In this document: positions 24,701-31,779 of the stretch, one piece after another | How the letters are laid out: every line of letters begins with the position of its first letter | How positions within the stretch are numbered: the first letter of the stretch is position 1 | IMG/VR virus record: IMGVR_UViG_3300031578_000173 | Span: 1 to 35,753 of that record | Length of the DNA stretch: 35,753 bases | Strand: one strand, 5' to 3' | Source of the DNA: a virus | Taxonomy: Duplodnaviria; Caudoviricetes | Position numbers and translations under genes: made by a program | The notes under the pieces: generated by a model | Database searches by the model: none | Seen by the model: the letters and a program-made list of their open reading frames with translations, nothing else | Told to the model about the DNA's origin: nothing

Positions 24701-26278
24701 GACCGCGCCAAGAACCATCGGTACGCGTTGAACGAAGATCTCCGGCAGGTGGACTCACAGCTCGAGAAGATCAGATCGTGGTACGGGAGCCTTTTCGAGA
24801 AGCCTGACCTGCGGTCCAAGGCTACGGGTCTTGTGCTGGCTCTGGTCGATCAGGGTAGGGCGATGCTGGATGGCCTCATGGGGATGCGCGTCAAGGACGT
24901 GTCGATCCATGGGAACACCTACAAGCTGTCGTACACTGATCCGGAAAGCGGTCCCCACACGGTGATGGTCGTTCTCGACTCCGCGGCGTCTGCTGTTCTC
25001 CATGCTCTGGCGCAGGGGAAGAAGGCCGTTGACCCTCTATTCGACGTGGAGGGACAGCCTCTGACTCGAGAAGAGGTGGCTCAGGCCCTGGATGAGAAGT
25101 TCGGAGTGACCCCGAAGCAGTTCCGGGTCTACCACGGCACGGAGCTGTTCTCGAAGGAGTTCCAGAGGCTGGTTTCGAGGACACCCAACCTGAAGCCAGA
25201 GATGCTTCCTCGCATCGCGGACCAGGCCTACGGTCGCGTGATGAGGATGCTGGGACATCAGAAGGTTGATGCCAAGACCGCACAGAAGATGTATGTGGAC
25301 CCCATCGTGGTGGAAGCCCTGTTCATGGCGGCAGTTCACCATCACGACGATGAGATCAACAAGAGCCTGGAGAAGTCCTACCGACTCCAGGGGAAGGTGA
25401 TCTTCCAGGGCCTGCCGGTGTCCATCGAGAACCGTAAGGGTTCTGTCCGTCGTTGGTATGATCCCCACGAGAAGCGTGAGGGCACCACGAAGATGCACCA
25501 CGCCTACGGTTACATCCGTGGGACGAAGGGCACAGACGGAGATCATGTCGACGTCTACCTTGGGCCCGACAAGAACTCCGACAAGGTGTTTGTGATCCAC
25601 CAGAAGAAGGCTCCTGCCTTCAAGGAGTTCGACGAAGACAAGTGCATGCTGGGGTTTGGCTCAGGTGCAGAAGCGAAGGCTGCATATATAAAGCAGTACG
25701 ACAAGCCTGGGTTCTTCGGCGGTATGACCCCGTTGTCTTTGGGCGACTTCAAGCGGAAGGTCGCGGCTACCAAGACGCGGCCTCAAATGATCAAGGCTTC
25801 TGGGTCTCAATACTGTTCCAAGTGCAACAAGGCTTGGGGTGAGTGTGATCACTCGAAGGAGATCGAAAAGTCGTTCAAAGGAAGTGCCGACGCCGGACCA
25901 ATCGTGTGGACTGTGTCCGTGTCGCACCCCGACCGAACTCCGGATGAGAGGTTGTTCGGTGAGTGGGTCCACAGCCATCCGATGCATGAGCATGATCAAC
26001 ATTGGGCTGCATTCAAGCAGGCCACGAAGGTAGAAGACCTACCGGAGCCAGCCGTGGATCGTGAGTACGCCCATGGCGGCAATGAGCCTATGCCGGATGA
26101 CAGTGATCTGGATGACGATGAAACGGGTCACCAACCACCCGCGGGAGCTGAGGTTCCACCAGCTCCAGATGATCTGGAAGGGGGGGATGACCTCGCAGGA
26201 GATCAGGGACTGGAACCTCCTGCTCCAGAGAAAGCTGCTAAGTCGATCATGGACGATCTTATGCGGATGGTCGGCTAA
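21752..26278 (+). CDS. 1508-aa polyvalent protein (sigma70 region-2-like + topoisomerase IB-like + inorganic pyrophosphatase-like segments)
   Basis: AFERAANTYNP...ARFSTYLIGHVRREM (~23560-23810); TPKQFRVYHGT...LGH...YVDP (~24640-25330); SIEN-x-KGS-x-R...YGYIRGTKGTDGDHVDVYLGP...FDEDKCMLGF (~25375-25765). Confidence 0.8.
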   Translation: MGKLQLIDDMISKADDEFRGGDPEEIRLKREEKELGKAVKKTQHAPEGQKEAKQYLSRQRRRAETGQHKNPVSKAQPGEEAGAFRGGDPEEIRIKREEKMQEMQDAGEMDDTGDTGDEVTQDEVEEAQQEDEMKKEDQGKSMVAKAASILSQDNLHAAGGSQVSPVDTFGDYNPHDANGTPLAVKYAYRSDEGPEPYFQPGPIRAGKNQHKDWSDVLGIRIPLTGEPVQYLRRFLKQGQVGKMAKEADLLVRSLEGQTGILWCWRPDFYGGEFYKGMGSDPQPGHKYVKRWWDGGRWNYEYSEGVHPERHGIAHSNNPAGYTMPVHEEFKGGSAENAYHHSAHMQVAEGGSHPVQVWDNKTNKPVKKILHMPGSKRDKEGNFIRGEDGMPELGQRSIFLRDPGSDQGGKRISSISALRKKLSPVTTEHDAHGDPWMHWRSAGSGEGKPYVMFDPRSKLNANHPKVGEWHQRTRNVDNLREWVANQQSMQRMMKDEEERAGDHVPPEERKSANEWEPTHHQVWEPHPTQPGIMQVKRGEDGNPVTSEMKTSNALERGDLGRWKWGDEVTRHSVQHEDGSTKHIVKQQPVLQFDSIHDRNDVQSKVLQENYGPLMRQAENHLRAAGVLRMENGQLSPDSHREAASLIHSVMPKAFERAANTYNPNHPSKARFSTYLIGHVRREMRDQMPHLIEDEGRRQGWTERREAARSGIPVPKEGEGAAEITAKPKSSKTALQTAYREGEPGLEGRESGGMAQRFESPSAGVEGKPEAETPEAPESPKVDQSAQQQFLKQFQQQPPESQKQLLDQLRSSAIGREKMFSAHPHMRYVYETLTGEKTRALKSLAEAWHDAADAVEAVTILRKAAEDEADLGASPDMKYLWRDGEPGAHKHMWEDPQGNVVRGTNAPQGHPHHDPEAGPPQVHPQEPTPDVAPHMFDNRGRKLHRPAPEGVETEGNPGYDPDMMHWARKYTDPETGNEEHIAFHRDRAKNHRYALNEDLRQVDSQLEKIRSWYGSLFEKPDLRSKATGLVLALVDQGRAMLDGLMGMRVKDVSIHGNTYKLSYTDPESGPHTVMVVLDSAASAVLHALAQGKKAVDPLFDVEGQPLTREEVAQALDEKFGVTPKQFRVYHGTELFSKEFQRLVSRTPNLKPEMLPRIADQAYGRVMRMLGHQKVDAKTAQKMYVDPIVVEALFMAAVHHHDDEINKSLEKSYRLQGKVIFQGLPVSIENRKGSVRRWYDPHEKREGTTKMHHAYGYIRGTKGTDGDHVDVYLGPDKNSDKVFVIHQKKAPAFKEFDEDKCMLGFGSGAEAKAAYIKQYDKPGFFGGMTPLSLGDFKRKVAATKTRPQMIKASGSQYCSKCNKAWGECDHSKEIEKSFKGSADAGPIVWTVSVSHPDRTPDERLFGEWVHSHPMHEHDQHWAAFKQATKVEDLPEPAVDREYAHGGNEPMPDDSDLDDDETGHQPPAGAEVPPAPDDLEGGDDLAGDQGLEPPAPEKAAKSIMDDLMRMVG

Positions 26279-26496
26279 TGGATCACTTGCTGACATGCAA
26301 GTGCGGCGAGGTCGTGGTCAAATCGGCCAACGGAACCACCAAGATTCGCAACAAGATGATGGTCTTCAAAGGGGGCCAAAGCTACGCGGTCTGCAAGGGG
26401 TGTGGAGCGGAGATCCCGGTCCCAGTGAAGCTGGAAGATGCTGAGATCAGTGGAATTGGCAGGCAACCACGCCTTTTCTTGCGGGATCGCGAATAA
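26278..26496 (+). CDS. small Zn-ribbon protein
   Basis: CKCG...CKGCG; TAATG overlap. Confidence 0.75.
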   Translation: MDHLLTCKCGEVVVKSANGTTKIRNKMMVFKGGQSYAVCKGCGAEIPVPVKLEDAEISGIGRQPRLFLRDRE

Positions 26497-26514
26497 TACA
26501 TTAGGATCTTGAAC

Positions 26515-26544
26515 TTGACAGGGCCTGATCCAACGGGGTATAGG
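26515..26544 (+). promoter_or_regulatory. candidate sigma70-type promoter
   Basis: TTGACA (26515-20)-N18-TATAGG (26539-44) in the intergenic region before the protease gene. Confidence 0.45.
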
Positions 26545-26577
26545 CTCTAAAGTATCTGAAAACTGGATGACTCCAAC

Positions 26578-26619
26578 AAAGGGAGATCAGGCTTCGGCCT
26601 GGCCTCCCTTTTTCTGTTT
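26578..26619 (+). terminator. intrinsic terminator-like hairpin
   Basis: AAAGGGAG-ATC-AGGC-TTCG-GCCT-GGC-CTCCCTTT followed by TTCTGTTT; cUUCGg tetraloop. Confidence 0.7.
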
Positions 26620-26629
26620 CAGGAATCAC

Positions 26630-27589
26630 ATGCTGGATCTTCTCAGCGAAAGCGGATTCGAATTCTGGGTGCCCATCACCCTACAGAAATCGAAGACCGC
26701 CTCCGAGAGGGCAGACGGCAAAAGGTGGATCGAAGGCATTGCCTCCACCATAGATGTCGATCTTCAGAAAGAGATCGTTGAGCAGAACGGGATCGACTTC
26801 TCCTACTTCGTAAAGCACGGCTACTTCAACAACGACCACAAGCCTGGGTTCGAGAACAAGATCGGTGAGCCAACTGAGTGCCGCGTCACAGCCAAGGGTC
26901 TCTACGTCAAAGGCTTCCTCTACAAGGACAAGAAGGTTGCCAACGACGTTTGGGAGATGGCGAACTCGCTGGAGGCTTCCGGCGCCAAGCGCAAGCTTGG
27001 GTTCTCCATCCAAGGCAAGGTGCTGCGCCGGAACGGTAAGACGATCGTCAAGTGCTGGATTCAGGACATCGCGATCACTGCCGCTCCGATCAACACCAAC
27101 ACCTGGCTGGACGTAGTCAAGGGCCTCAACGCTCTTCCCCAGGACATGTGGTGTGATGAGAACGGTTGTTACCTTGTCACGCCCGACATCGCTTTCAAGT
27201 CGATGCGCGAGTCTGAAGGTAAGTGCTGCGGTGCATGTAACTGCTCTGGCGGTTCTCGAGATCAAGCACGCAAGGCGGCGCTGTCGATTCAAGAAGAAGG
27301 GATGGACCTCAGAAAGAGGGAGTCAGAGAAAGACGATCCCGAGAAAGCTCTGGCTGCCGGAAGTGATAGTGGGCGTGCTCTGACGGTTGAAAGCCTCGAA
27401 GGCCGGATGGCAGACCAGAACTTCGGGCGCACCGATCCCGAACACGAGAAGACCAGAAAATCGATAGTGCCTGATGTGCTGAGTTTCGAAGAGTCCGTTG
27501 CTTGGCTGCAGGCCTACAGAAATCTCTCTCAGCCCGAAGCCCACATCGTGGCCAAGGCTGTCTTTCACATGAACGGACTCATCAACTAG
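26630..27589 (+). CDS. prohead (capsid maturation) protease, HK97/SPO1-type
   Basis: IEGIAST...DLQKE...FNNDH...IGEP...GLYVKGFLY...LGFSIQG...IAITAAPIN gives the catalytic His and GFS Ser; lies between portal and capsid. Confidence 0.9.
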   Translation: MLDLLSESGFEFWVPITLQKSKTASERADGKRWIEGIASTIDVDLQKEIVEQNGIDFSYFVKHGYFNNDHKPGFENKIGEPTECRVTAKGLYVKGFLYKDKKVANDVWEMANSLEASGAKRKLGFSIQGKVLRRNGKTIVKCWIQDIAITAAPINTNTWLDVVKGLNALPQDMWCDENGCYLVTPDIAFKSMRESEGKCCGACNCSGGSRDQARKAALSIQEEGMDLRKRESEKDDPEKALAAGSDSGRALTVESLEGRMADQNFGRTDPEHEKTRKSIVPDVLSFEESVAWLQAYRNLSQPEAHIVAKAVFHMNGLIN

Positions 27590-27599
27590 GAGGATGAAA

Positions 27600-28574
27600 A
27601 TGGCGGACAAGGCCACGATCACGCAGGAGAGCTTCTACAAGAGCTTGTCCAAGCTCGAAGCACTGGCTGGCGGGGGGCAGGAAGATCTGGACAAGAGCCA
27701 GATCTGCACTGGTCCCAACAGCGAGAAGAAGGAATGGGCGGGTAGCCGCTGGAAGGACGTTCCCGGCGACGGACCCGGCGCGGACATGATCCGCCCCGAC
27801 GGCACCGACTACAACGAGCGCGGTGTCCGAAAGTCGATCCAGGAGAAGGTCGCGAAGGGTATCCCTCTCAGCTCGATCGAGCTGTCGCTCCTGAAGAGCG
27901 ACATGGAGAAGGCGGACAAGGACGACGACAAGGACGAGAAGGGCGAGAAGGAAGTCGAGTTCAAGTTCGGCAAGGGCCAGGGCGACGACGACGACAAGGA
28001 GAAGTACGCTCGCGAGATGGGCAAGTCCTTCGACGGCGCTGTCCAGGGCAGCGAGACCCTGCAGAAGGGCATCGAGGTCAGCCAGTTCCTGGCGGAGCTG
28101 AGCAAGGCCTTCGCAGCCGGTCTCGAGGGGATCGAGACCCGCGTCAACGCCAACATGGAGCAGATGGGTCAGCAGCTGTACTCCGTGCTGAGCGGCTTCG
28201 CTGGTGAGCAGGGCGAGTTCAACAAGTCGCTCGCTGATGCGCTGGTCAACATCGGTCACGGCGTGGCCGGGTCGATCCAGCAGGTCGAGCAGGTTTCCCA
28301 GCAGCCTGCCGGTCCTCCGCGTAGCCAGGGTCTCCAGATGGTGCCGGGCGGGCAGCAGGGTGCGCCACAGGGCTTCGTTCAGAAGTCTTTCGCGGGGCAG
28401 CAGCCGGGCGAGAACCTGTCCAAAGCGGTGGTCGCGGACGCTCTCACCGACATGCTCGAGAAGGGCGAGTCGGGGATCTCCCCGATCGAGATCATCAAGT
28501 TCGATACCACTGGAGAGCTTCGTCCCGACCTGCAGCAGCGGGTGGCGGCGCGAGTCCAGGGAGCTGGCCGCTAG
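27600..28574 (+). CDS. putative capsid scaffolding protein
   Basis: Lies between protease and major capsid protein; acidic/helical, strong codon bias, AGGAGG RBS, about 14 hydrophobic-x-K-[SAG] motifs. Confidence 0.7.
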   Translation: MADKATITQESFYKSLSKLEALAGGGQEDLDKSQICTGPNSEKKEWAGSRWKDVPGDGPGADMIRPDGTDYNERGVRKSIQEKVAKGIPLSSIELSLLKSDMEKADKDDDKDEKGEKEVEFKFGKGQGDDDDKEKYAREMGKSFDGAVQGSETLQKGIEVSQFLAELSKAFAAGLEGIETRVNANMEQMGQQLYSVLSGFAGEQGEFNKSLADALVNIGHGVAGSIQQVEQVSQQPAGPPRSQGLQMVPGGQQGAPQGFVQKSFAGQQPGENLSKAVVADALTDMLEKGESGISPIEIIKFDTTGELRPDLQQRVAARVQGAGR

Positions 28575-28588
28575 GCCCACAACAAGTA

Positions 28589-28618
28589 GGGGTGATGGAT
28601 CCTAACGGATCCTGACCT
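28589..28618 (+). promoter_or_regulatory. stem-loop in the capsid gene leader
   Basis: GGATCC-TAAC-GGATCC core with extended GGGT/ACCT pairing, just upstream of the AAGGAG RBS. Confidence 0.4.
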
Positions 28619-28639
28619 CTCGCAACGAAGGAGACGAAC

Positions 28640-30079
28640 ATGTACGGACAGATCTCGTTGCGTCACTACGAGGGCCTGAATGGCTTCGGCACGGCCCCCG
28701 CAGGTGACGTCCATGAGTTGAGCAAGGCGCTCGAAGCGGGCTATCAGGTGGTCAACCAGACGGGCGGCAGCGCCCTGAGGGTGGAATCCCTGGAAGCCAG
28801 CCTCAAGGTGGTGTCGTACACCAACCACCACATCAAGATGTGGAAGAAGATCCCAAAGTCCCCAGCCTATTCCACGGTTGAGGAGTACAACCAGCTGATT
28901 TCGTACGGGAATAACGGATTCGCCTTCACTCAGGAAGGCGAGCTTCCTCCCAGCACCGACACGAGCTACGCGCGGCGCACGCAACTCGTGAAATTCATGG
29001 GGACAACCCGTGAGGTGACCCACCCGGCCACCCTGATCCACCCTGCCCATGGCGACATCATCGCGCTCGAAAACCAGAATGGTATCCTCTGGTTGCTGGA
29101 GCGCGTGGAGAACGCCCTCTTCACCGCCGACAGCTCCCTGGCCTTCGATGGCGAGGCAGAGCAGTGGGATGGGCTCGACGCCCTGATCGATCCCACCAGC
29201 TTCCTGGACCTCCAGGGTCAGCCGCTCTCCGAGACCCCGGTCGAAGAGGCGAGCAACATCCTGGTCGAGAACTACGCCTACCCGACGGACATGTTCCTCG
29301 GGACGCGTGTGCTCAGCGACCTCGTCAAGACCATGTACCCTCGCGAGCGCATCAGCCTTCCCGCGCCGGTCAACGGGGTCATCGGTCAGGCGATCAACTC
29401 GATGGCGACCCAGGCGGGCCACATCGAGTTCAATCCCGACGTCTTCATCAAGCGTCTCCCGTCGCCGCCCGCGGCGACCACCTCCCCGAACGCTCCGGCG
29501 ACTCCGGCTTCGATCACTTCGGCGATCTCCGGCGTCAACGGCGACTTCAACAAGGGCGCCCCGGCGGGGATCAACGAGTACGCTTTCGCGGTCACGGCCT
29601 GCAACCGTTTCGGCGAATCGGCTCCGGTCATCATCGTGGCCAACCAGGCCCTGTCCCAGGCGAACAAGGACGGCGGTCTTCACATCGATCTGACGATCAC
29701 CAACGCGGTCACGATCGGCGCGTTCCCGCCCGAGTACTTCCGGATTTACCGTTCGGCTCCGCTGGCTTCGGGTGCGGCGGTTCCGTCGGCGGTTGGCGCG
29801 TTCAGCCTGATCATGCAGGTTGCGGCGGCTTCGCAGGCTGCAAGTCCGGCGACGACGGTGGTGGCGGATGTCAACTTCCTGCTGCCGTTCACCAACATCG
29901 CCTACATGGGTGAGTTGACCCCGCAGGTCATCACCTTCCGTCAGCTCGCGCCGATGATGCGGCTCGATCTCGCGGTGCTCGCGCCCGCCTACAGGTGGCA
30001 GATCCTGCTCTACGGGACGCCGATCCTGTTCGCGGCACGCAAGTGGCTGCGCATGATCAACATCGGGCAGCTGACGTAG
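28640..30079 (+). CDS. major capsid protein, SPO1/Twort (Herelleviridae)-like
   Basis: LSKAL-x-AGY...GGSALRVESLE...IPKSPAYSTVEEY...EGELP...VKFMG...FTADSSL...WDGL, an inserted beta domain (YAFAVTACNRFGESAP) and LAPMMRLDLA...LLYG. Extreme GC3 bias. Confidence 0.92.
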   Translation: MYGQISLRHYEGLNGFGTAPAGDVHELSKALEAGYQVVNQTGGSALRVESLEASLKVVSYTNHHIKMWKKIPKSPAYSTVEEYNQLISYGNNGFAFTQEGELPPSTDTSYARRTQLVKFMGTTREVTHPATLIHPAHGDIIALENQNGILWLLERVENALFTADSSLAFDGEAEQWDGLDALIDPTSFLDLQGQPLSETPVEEASNILVENYAYPTDMFLGTRVLSDLVKTMYPRERISLPAPVNGVIGQAINSMATQAGHIEFNPDVFIKRLPSPPAATTSPNAPATPASITSAISGVNGDFNKGAPAGINEYAFAVTACNRFGESAPVIIVANQALSQANKDGGLHIDLTITNAVTIGAFPPEYFRIYRSAPLASGAAVPSAVGAFSLIMQVAAASQAASPATTVVADVNFLLPFTNIAYMGELTPQVITFRQLAPMMRLDLAVLAPAYRWQILLYGTPILFAARKWLRMINIGQLT

Positions 30080-30091
30080 TCGGAAGGACAA

Positions 30092-30169
30092 TCGTAGGTA
30101 CCCTCAGCCAGTACCTGCGACCCTCCTCGTGAGGGGAGGGCCCTTCGGGGCTCTCCCCTCCGGGTTTTT
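30092..30169 (+). terminator. double hairpin and intrinsic terminator after capsid gene
   Basis: TCGTAGGTAC/GTACCTGCGA stem, then GAGGGGAGGGCCC-TTCG-GGGCTCTCCCCTC (30131-30160) followed by CGGGTTTTT. Confidence 0.8.
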
Positions 30170-30374
30170 AGAATAGGTCCGCAAGTTTGCGGTGGGTGTG
30201 ATGTCCGAAGACGGCGACGAAATTAAGATCGACGACAGTAACCTGAAGGTCCACCAATTGGTGGATCGCAGGGGTCAGAAGTCGGCAAAAGGAAAGGGAT
30301 TAAGTAACCTTTTCCCGTTGACGGTTCAGGCGTCCATGACGCCGTTGGAAAAGGACCCTTGGAAGGATATGCCC

Positions 30375-30755
30375 ATGATCACTCTGAAACATCGGTGGAT
30401 GAAGAGTCGAAACCTCGTGGCTGGAGTCACGGTCGTGTCCTTCAACCACGAGGGCATCGCCAAGGTCCAGGACAGGGGGAACGCACGGCTGGATGTCGAC
30501 AGCCTCGTGCAGCATGCGGGGGGTCTGATCGAGATTCTGGACGAGGATGCGGCCTCTCAGCCGCTCCCAGAGCCTGCGAAGGTTCTGACGCCCCCTGCGC
30601 CCGCGAAGCCGCAGCAAGCGGCCCCTGAGCCCGCTGAGGAGGCCCCAGAGCCAGAAACCGCCGAGGATGAGGACGAGGGCGAAGAGTCCCTCGAAGAGGG
30701 TGGCGACCCCTCCCTGCAGCCGAAGCGCAAAGCTCCTCCCAAGAGGAAGAAATAA
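30375..30755 (+). CDS. hypothetical protein with acidic/Pro-rich tail and basic tip
   Basis: GGAAGGA 7 nt before ATG 30375. The frame is open back to 30192, so the start is uncertain. Confidence 0.65.
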   Translation: MITLKHRWMKSRNLVAGVTVVSFNHEGIAKVQDRGNARLDVDSLVQHAGGLIEILDEDAASQPLPEPAKVLTPPAPAKPQQAAPEPAEEAPEPETAEDEDEGEESLEEGGDPSLQPKRKAPPKRKK

Positions 30756-30767
30756 CAGGAGAAAACG

Positions 30768-31013
30768 ATGGCATCGCTCAAGACGCAGAAGGTTTACGGC
30801 GATCTGGGTTCCCAGGAGCACGCGCAGCTGCAGGCCAGCTACAACGAGCTGCTGGACGTCCTCGGGGACCTGATCACCGGTATCAAGGGGTCAGCTGACC
30901 ACGCAGCGCTGGTGGTCGTGGCAACCACGGCCGAGACGGCCATGGAGGCCAACGTCAAGAAGCTCGAGTCGATTCCGAACATTCCGCTGCAGAGCGCCCC
31001 TGCGGCGCAGTAG
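30768..31013 (+). CDS. hypothetical (likely virion) protein
   Basis: 81 aa, AGGAGA RBS, strong codon bias. Confidence 0.75.
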   Translation: MASLKTQKVYGDLGSQEHAQLQASYNELLDVLGDLITGIKGSADHAALVVVATTAETAMEANVKKLESIPNIPLQSAPAAQ

Positions 31014-31124
31014 CGGTCCTGCAGTACGATGTGGCCAGCGCCCCATTGGGCGTTCGGATATGTGACCTCTTCGATGTGCCCCTCTGCCTGAATGCCTTAG
31101 GGGTCCAAAACTAGGAGCCAGCTG

Positions 31125-31439
31125 ATGAAGCCAGGGAAGCCTGTGCATCCATCGAACGGCACCGGGACCGCACCCGACGCAGCAACCTTGCCGGGTGGGA
31201 TCCAAGTCTCGTTCGATGAGGGGCCAAACAAGGCCGCCCGTGCGTCCACGCTGCAGGTGGTCATCACCAACAGGGAAGCTGCTCAGAACCTCGAGGTGAG
31301 CTTCGCTGATGGTCGAGACGGGTATTGGTTCGCAATCGCCCCCAACACGACGTTGCCGTTCCCTGTGAGCGTCTTTCGTCTGTACCTGCGGGGGGCGTCG
31401 GGAGGGACAGCGGCGTACTCGGTCATCGGTGTGGTGTAG
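31125..31439 (+). CDS. small beta-rich putative virion decoration protein
   Basis: 104 aa, AGGAG RBS, alternating hydrophobic strands. Confidence 0.7.
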   Translation: MKPGKPVHPSNGTGTAPDAATLPGGIQVSFDEGPNKAARASTLQVVITNREAAQNLEVSFADGRDGYWFAIAPNTTLPFPVSVFRLYLRGASGGTAAYSVIGVV

Positions 31440-31442
31440 TTT

Positions 31443-31760
31443 ATGATCCTGCAACCGGTCGGGGGAGGCGCGAAAGCGGCTGGGATCCTTCTCGGTCGTT
31501 TTCGTTGGAATCAGGACCTCCAAGGTACGAAGGATGGCGTGAACGCCACCTTTGTCTTGCCTGGTGGAGATCAGTTTACCCAATCGGGGGAGTTGGTGAT
31601 TCGGGTTTACCGAAACGGCCAACGCCTTCGACTTGGATCTTTGAATGACTACACGGTGTCTGAAAGTGGCGGTCCAGGCACTGGGTATGACACGATCCTA
31701 TTTCTAGGTCCGGCCCCATTGCCGTACGAAGAGTTGACTGCCGACTACTTGGTTCCGTAA
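31443..31760 (+). CDS. small beta-sandwich putative virion protein
   Basis: GTKDGVNATFVL...VYRNGQRL...DYTV...F-x-x-PAP...TADY pattern, common in phage fibre/decoration repeats. Confidence 0.7.
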   Translation: MILQPVGGGAKAAGILLGRFRWNQDLQGTKDGVNATFVLPGGDQFTQSGELVIRVYRNGQRLRLGSLNDYTVSESGGPGTGYDTILFLGPAPLPYEELTADYLVP

Positions 31761-31779
31761 ACCAACAAGGAGAAGTAAA

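Noticed and set aside
24640-25330. Tyrosine integrase/recombinase call for this segment
   Set aside because: KxFRxY...LGH...YVDP and the upstream D..G...H strand fit TopoIB better than the HxxR motif of integrases, and no att-like context is visible.
26560-26580. GATGACTCC resembling the 3' end of a fluoride riboswitch
   Set aside because: The required 5' GATGGAGT-type element and pseudoknot partner are absent.
27582-30091. Long antisense ORFs (332 aa, 506 aa) opposite the scaffold and capsid genes
   Set aside because: They mirror the sense genes almost exactly. This is expected from extreme GC3 codon bias, and they show no RBS or motifs.
31014-31124. Intergenic gap with a small hairpin (CGCCC-CATT-GGGCG) as tRNA/ncRNA
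   Set aside because: No cloverleaf or T-loop consensus; stems this short are expected by chance at this GC content.
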